This document shows positions 61,577 to 64,000 of a stretch of DNA of 64,000 nt, in pieces. A program made the position numbers and the translations under genes. Each line of letters opens with the position of its first letter. Within the stretch, counting starts at the first letter, position 1. The notes below the pieces were generated by a model, which was given only the letters and a program-made list of their open reading frames with translations, searched no databases and was not told where the DNA came from. The DNA comes from Felis catus (taxonomy: Eukaryota). The stretch spans positions 23,190,001 through 23,254,000 of the forward strand of contig NC_058383.1 of NCBI RefSeq assembly GCF_018350175.1, in the 5' to 3' direction.

Positions 61577-63359
61577 TCAGTTTCCCTTTCTTTAAAATCC
61601 CACCACCAATAACATGAACCCCACAGGGGACGTGCTCAGCACAGTGCCTGGCACACTGCAAACACCATCCATGTCGGCTACTGTTGTGACTGTCCCAACA
61701 GGGCACGTTTCTGCAGCCCTGGCCTCCCAACACCCCGTGTTGTGATTTGGTATTGACATCCACACTCTGGGCTGCAGTCCCGCATTGCCTCACCCCACCC
61801 TAGGGGAGTCACACAGAGGGAAACAGCCCAGGTTGCCTCCCCATAGGGTAAAAGGATAGGCAAGTCCCAGACCGTCCAGATACCTACAAAGTGCGTGGGA
61901 CGTAAACCCTGGAGAGTCTCTTCTGAGGACCCCCTTTGGTGCCTGGTTTAGGGGTATACAGAATGCAAAGATCCAAGGAGAACCCGGAGATCTGTTGCTG
62001 GTCAGGCTGGTTCAGCCTCCTGGGCCCGCAGGTACAATGGGTCCCAATGTTTGTCCTGATTGTCACAGGCTCTGGCCCCGACAGCTGCCTGTGCCAGCTC
62101 TCAGCAATGACGTTCACAGTAAATAATGCCTTTTCCCAGACAGCATATGGCCTTGGCAGAGTTTGGCATTCAAGAGGCACAGACTCCCGGCTGGCCAGGC
62201 TCACCACCTGAGCCATTCTGGCAAAGTCAGGCCACGCCGGGACGCATGGGCTGGGGGGCTTGAACAGGGATCTCTGGGAACTAGGCTTGCGCAGAGGACA
62301 GCCTGGTACAGCTGCCCAGAACCTGGAGACGGGGTGCCGGGGAAGAACACTCACCTTCGGGGTTTTCTACCGAATGGAAATGGAGGGAAGAGTTTTCCAG
62401 CTTGGCTTACAGTTGAAGTGGGGTCAACTGTTTGCACAACTGACTACAGTTACTCCTCTTCCTGTAGTGACCTCCTTTGGGAGAACCTTCTCACGGTGCC
62501 CCCAAAAGTCGGCCACATTGACTTCCTCCAGCCAACAGGTCGGTAGCAAGTGTGACACATGCTACCGTCACGTCAAAAGCGCCCGTGCATCGGGGCTCCC
62601 GGAACCCCACGGCCACCGCGGGGCAGGCCCAGGCTAACCCGCTGGAGGATGGCAGGCCGTCTGGGGACGGGGCCCCCCGCCGTCTCAGGTGTCCTGGGCC
62701 AAGCCCCACACACTAGCCAGCCCCGGTCAGCCGAGTGATTGGCCACAGCTGCCGAGCCTGGCCTAGACCAGAAGAACCGCCCAGGGGAGCTCAGGCCAAA
62801 GCGCCAACCTGCATAGTTGCCAGGCTCCATCAACAGCCGTTGCTTTAAGTTTTGAAGTGGCACAACGAAAGCACACGGGTTTTATGTGGTCAGAGACTGC
62901 CAGACTCAGACCCGTATCTGTTCAGAACATCCCCGATTAGTTCTGTATAAAGTCTGGGACAAAGGGAGCGATCGGGTATTCAAAACTACCTGCACCAGGA
63001 ACAAAAAGCCATGTCGTACTGTTTCCTCGCTTCCAGTCTAAGGTATCTATCTGTTCCCCCAGAAGTTTTAGTTGGCGGTAAGTAGTAGTCAAGGGAAAAT
63101 GGTCCAAGGAGGTTGACATTAAAACGAAGTAAGACTTAATGGACATTTAAGTGTCTACTATATGCCAGACTCTGAACTTGGGGTTTTAAACACCCCATTC
63201 TCCATGTCATTCGCATCCACCACCCCATTTGATAACCCACGGCATGGAGGCTTCCACAGGTTCGAAAGCCCAGGCCCGCCTGGGGATGTGGCATTGTTTT
63301 CCCTCAGGATGGAGGAGCCAGGGTGTGAAATCTCCGCTAACTCACAGTTCTGCACTTTC

Positions 63360-63570
63360 TTTTTCTTTTTTTTTAGATGTTTTATTTATTTTTGAGAGAC
63401 AGAGCACGAGTAGGGGAGGGGCAGAAAGAGAGAGGGAGACACAGAATCAGAAGCAGGCTCCAGGCTCCAAGTTATCAGCACAGAGCCCAAAGCGGGGCTC
63501 GAACTCATGAACAAGATCATGACCTGAGCTGAGGTCAGACACTTAACTGACAGGGCCACCCAGGTGCCCC
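63360..63570 (-). mobile_element. Can-SINE inserted in the tail of the next SINE
   Basis: Full body. Confidence 0.95.
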
Positions 63571-63789
63571 TCTTTTTTTTTCTTTTTAATATTTATTTAT
63601 TTTGCAAGAGAGAAAGAGTGTGAGTGCGTGCAGGGTAGGGGCAGAAAGGGAAAGGGAGAGAGAATCCCAAGCAGTTTCCATGCTGTCATCACAGAGCCTG
63701 ATGCAGGGCTCAAACCCAGGACCATGAGATCACGAGCTCAGCCGAAATCAAGAGTCAGATGCTTAGCCGAATGAACCACCCAGTGCCCC
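63571..63789 (-). mobile_element. Can-SINE
   Basis: Outer TSD cacagttc(t/a)gca(c/t)tttc at 63343-63359 and 63789-63805. Confidence 0.93.
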
Positions 63790-64000
63790 ACAGTTCAGCA
63801 TTTTCATGACAGCACAGGATTCCCGTTCTGATGGACACTGATTCCCCACCACTCATGTACCATGTCCTTTTCTGAACACTTTCCGTGAATAATAAACATA
63901 ACCCTTAACTCTAACCCAACAGTGTGGGAACTACTGTGGTCATCACTTTACACGTGAAGAATCTGAGGTGCGGAGGGGTTAAGAAATTTGTGTGTGGTCA

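Overview
Mammalian genomic DNA from a feliform carnivore, most likely a cat-family species, judged from many feliform-type Can-SINEs (SINEC_Fc-like) and carnivore L1 3' ends. The only protein-coding sequence I can support is the terminal coding exon of HS3ST2 (heparan sulfate 3-O-sulfotransferase 2) on the minus strand at 23007-23625. It has an intact splice acceptor, a stop codon and two candidate AATAAA signals. By inference from the two-exon mammalian HS3ST2 structure, about 23626-64000 is intron 1 and about 1-22240 is downstream intergenic DNA. The rest is a mosaic of Can-SINEs, L1, L2, MIR, MaLR/ERVL LTRs, hAT and mariner relics, microsatellites and a few unique motif-rich islands. All other ORFs in the track look spurious. 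I found no support for a novel multi-gene system. The most interesting signals are retrotransposition micro-structures (repeated use of one target site, poly(A)-only insertions, an inverted L1, a tight inverted SINE pair), a MEIS plus PBX-HOX composite motif in the intron, an intronic CpG-island-like patch, and an unusual Gln in HS3ST2. Repeat family names are from recognition by eye, not from a RepeatMasker run, and their boundaries are approximate.
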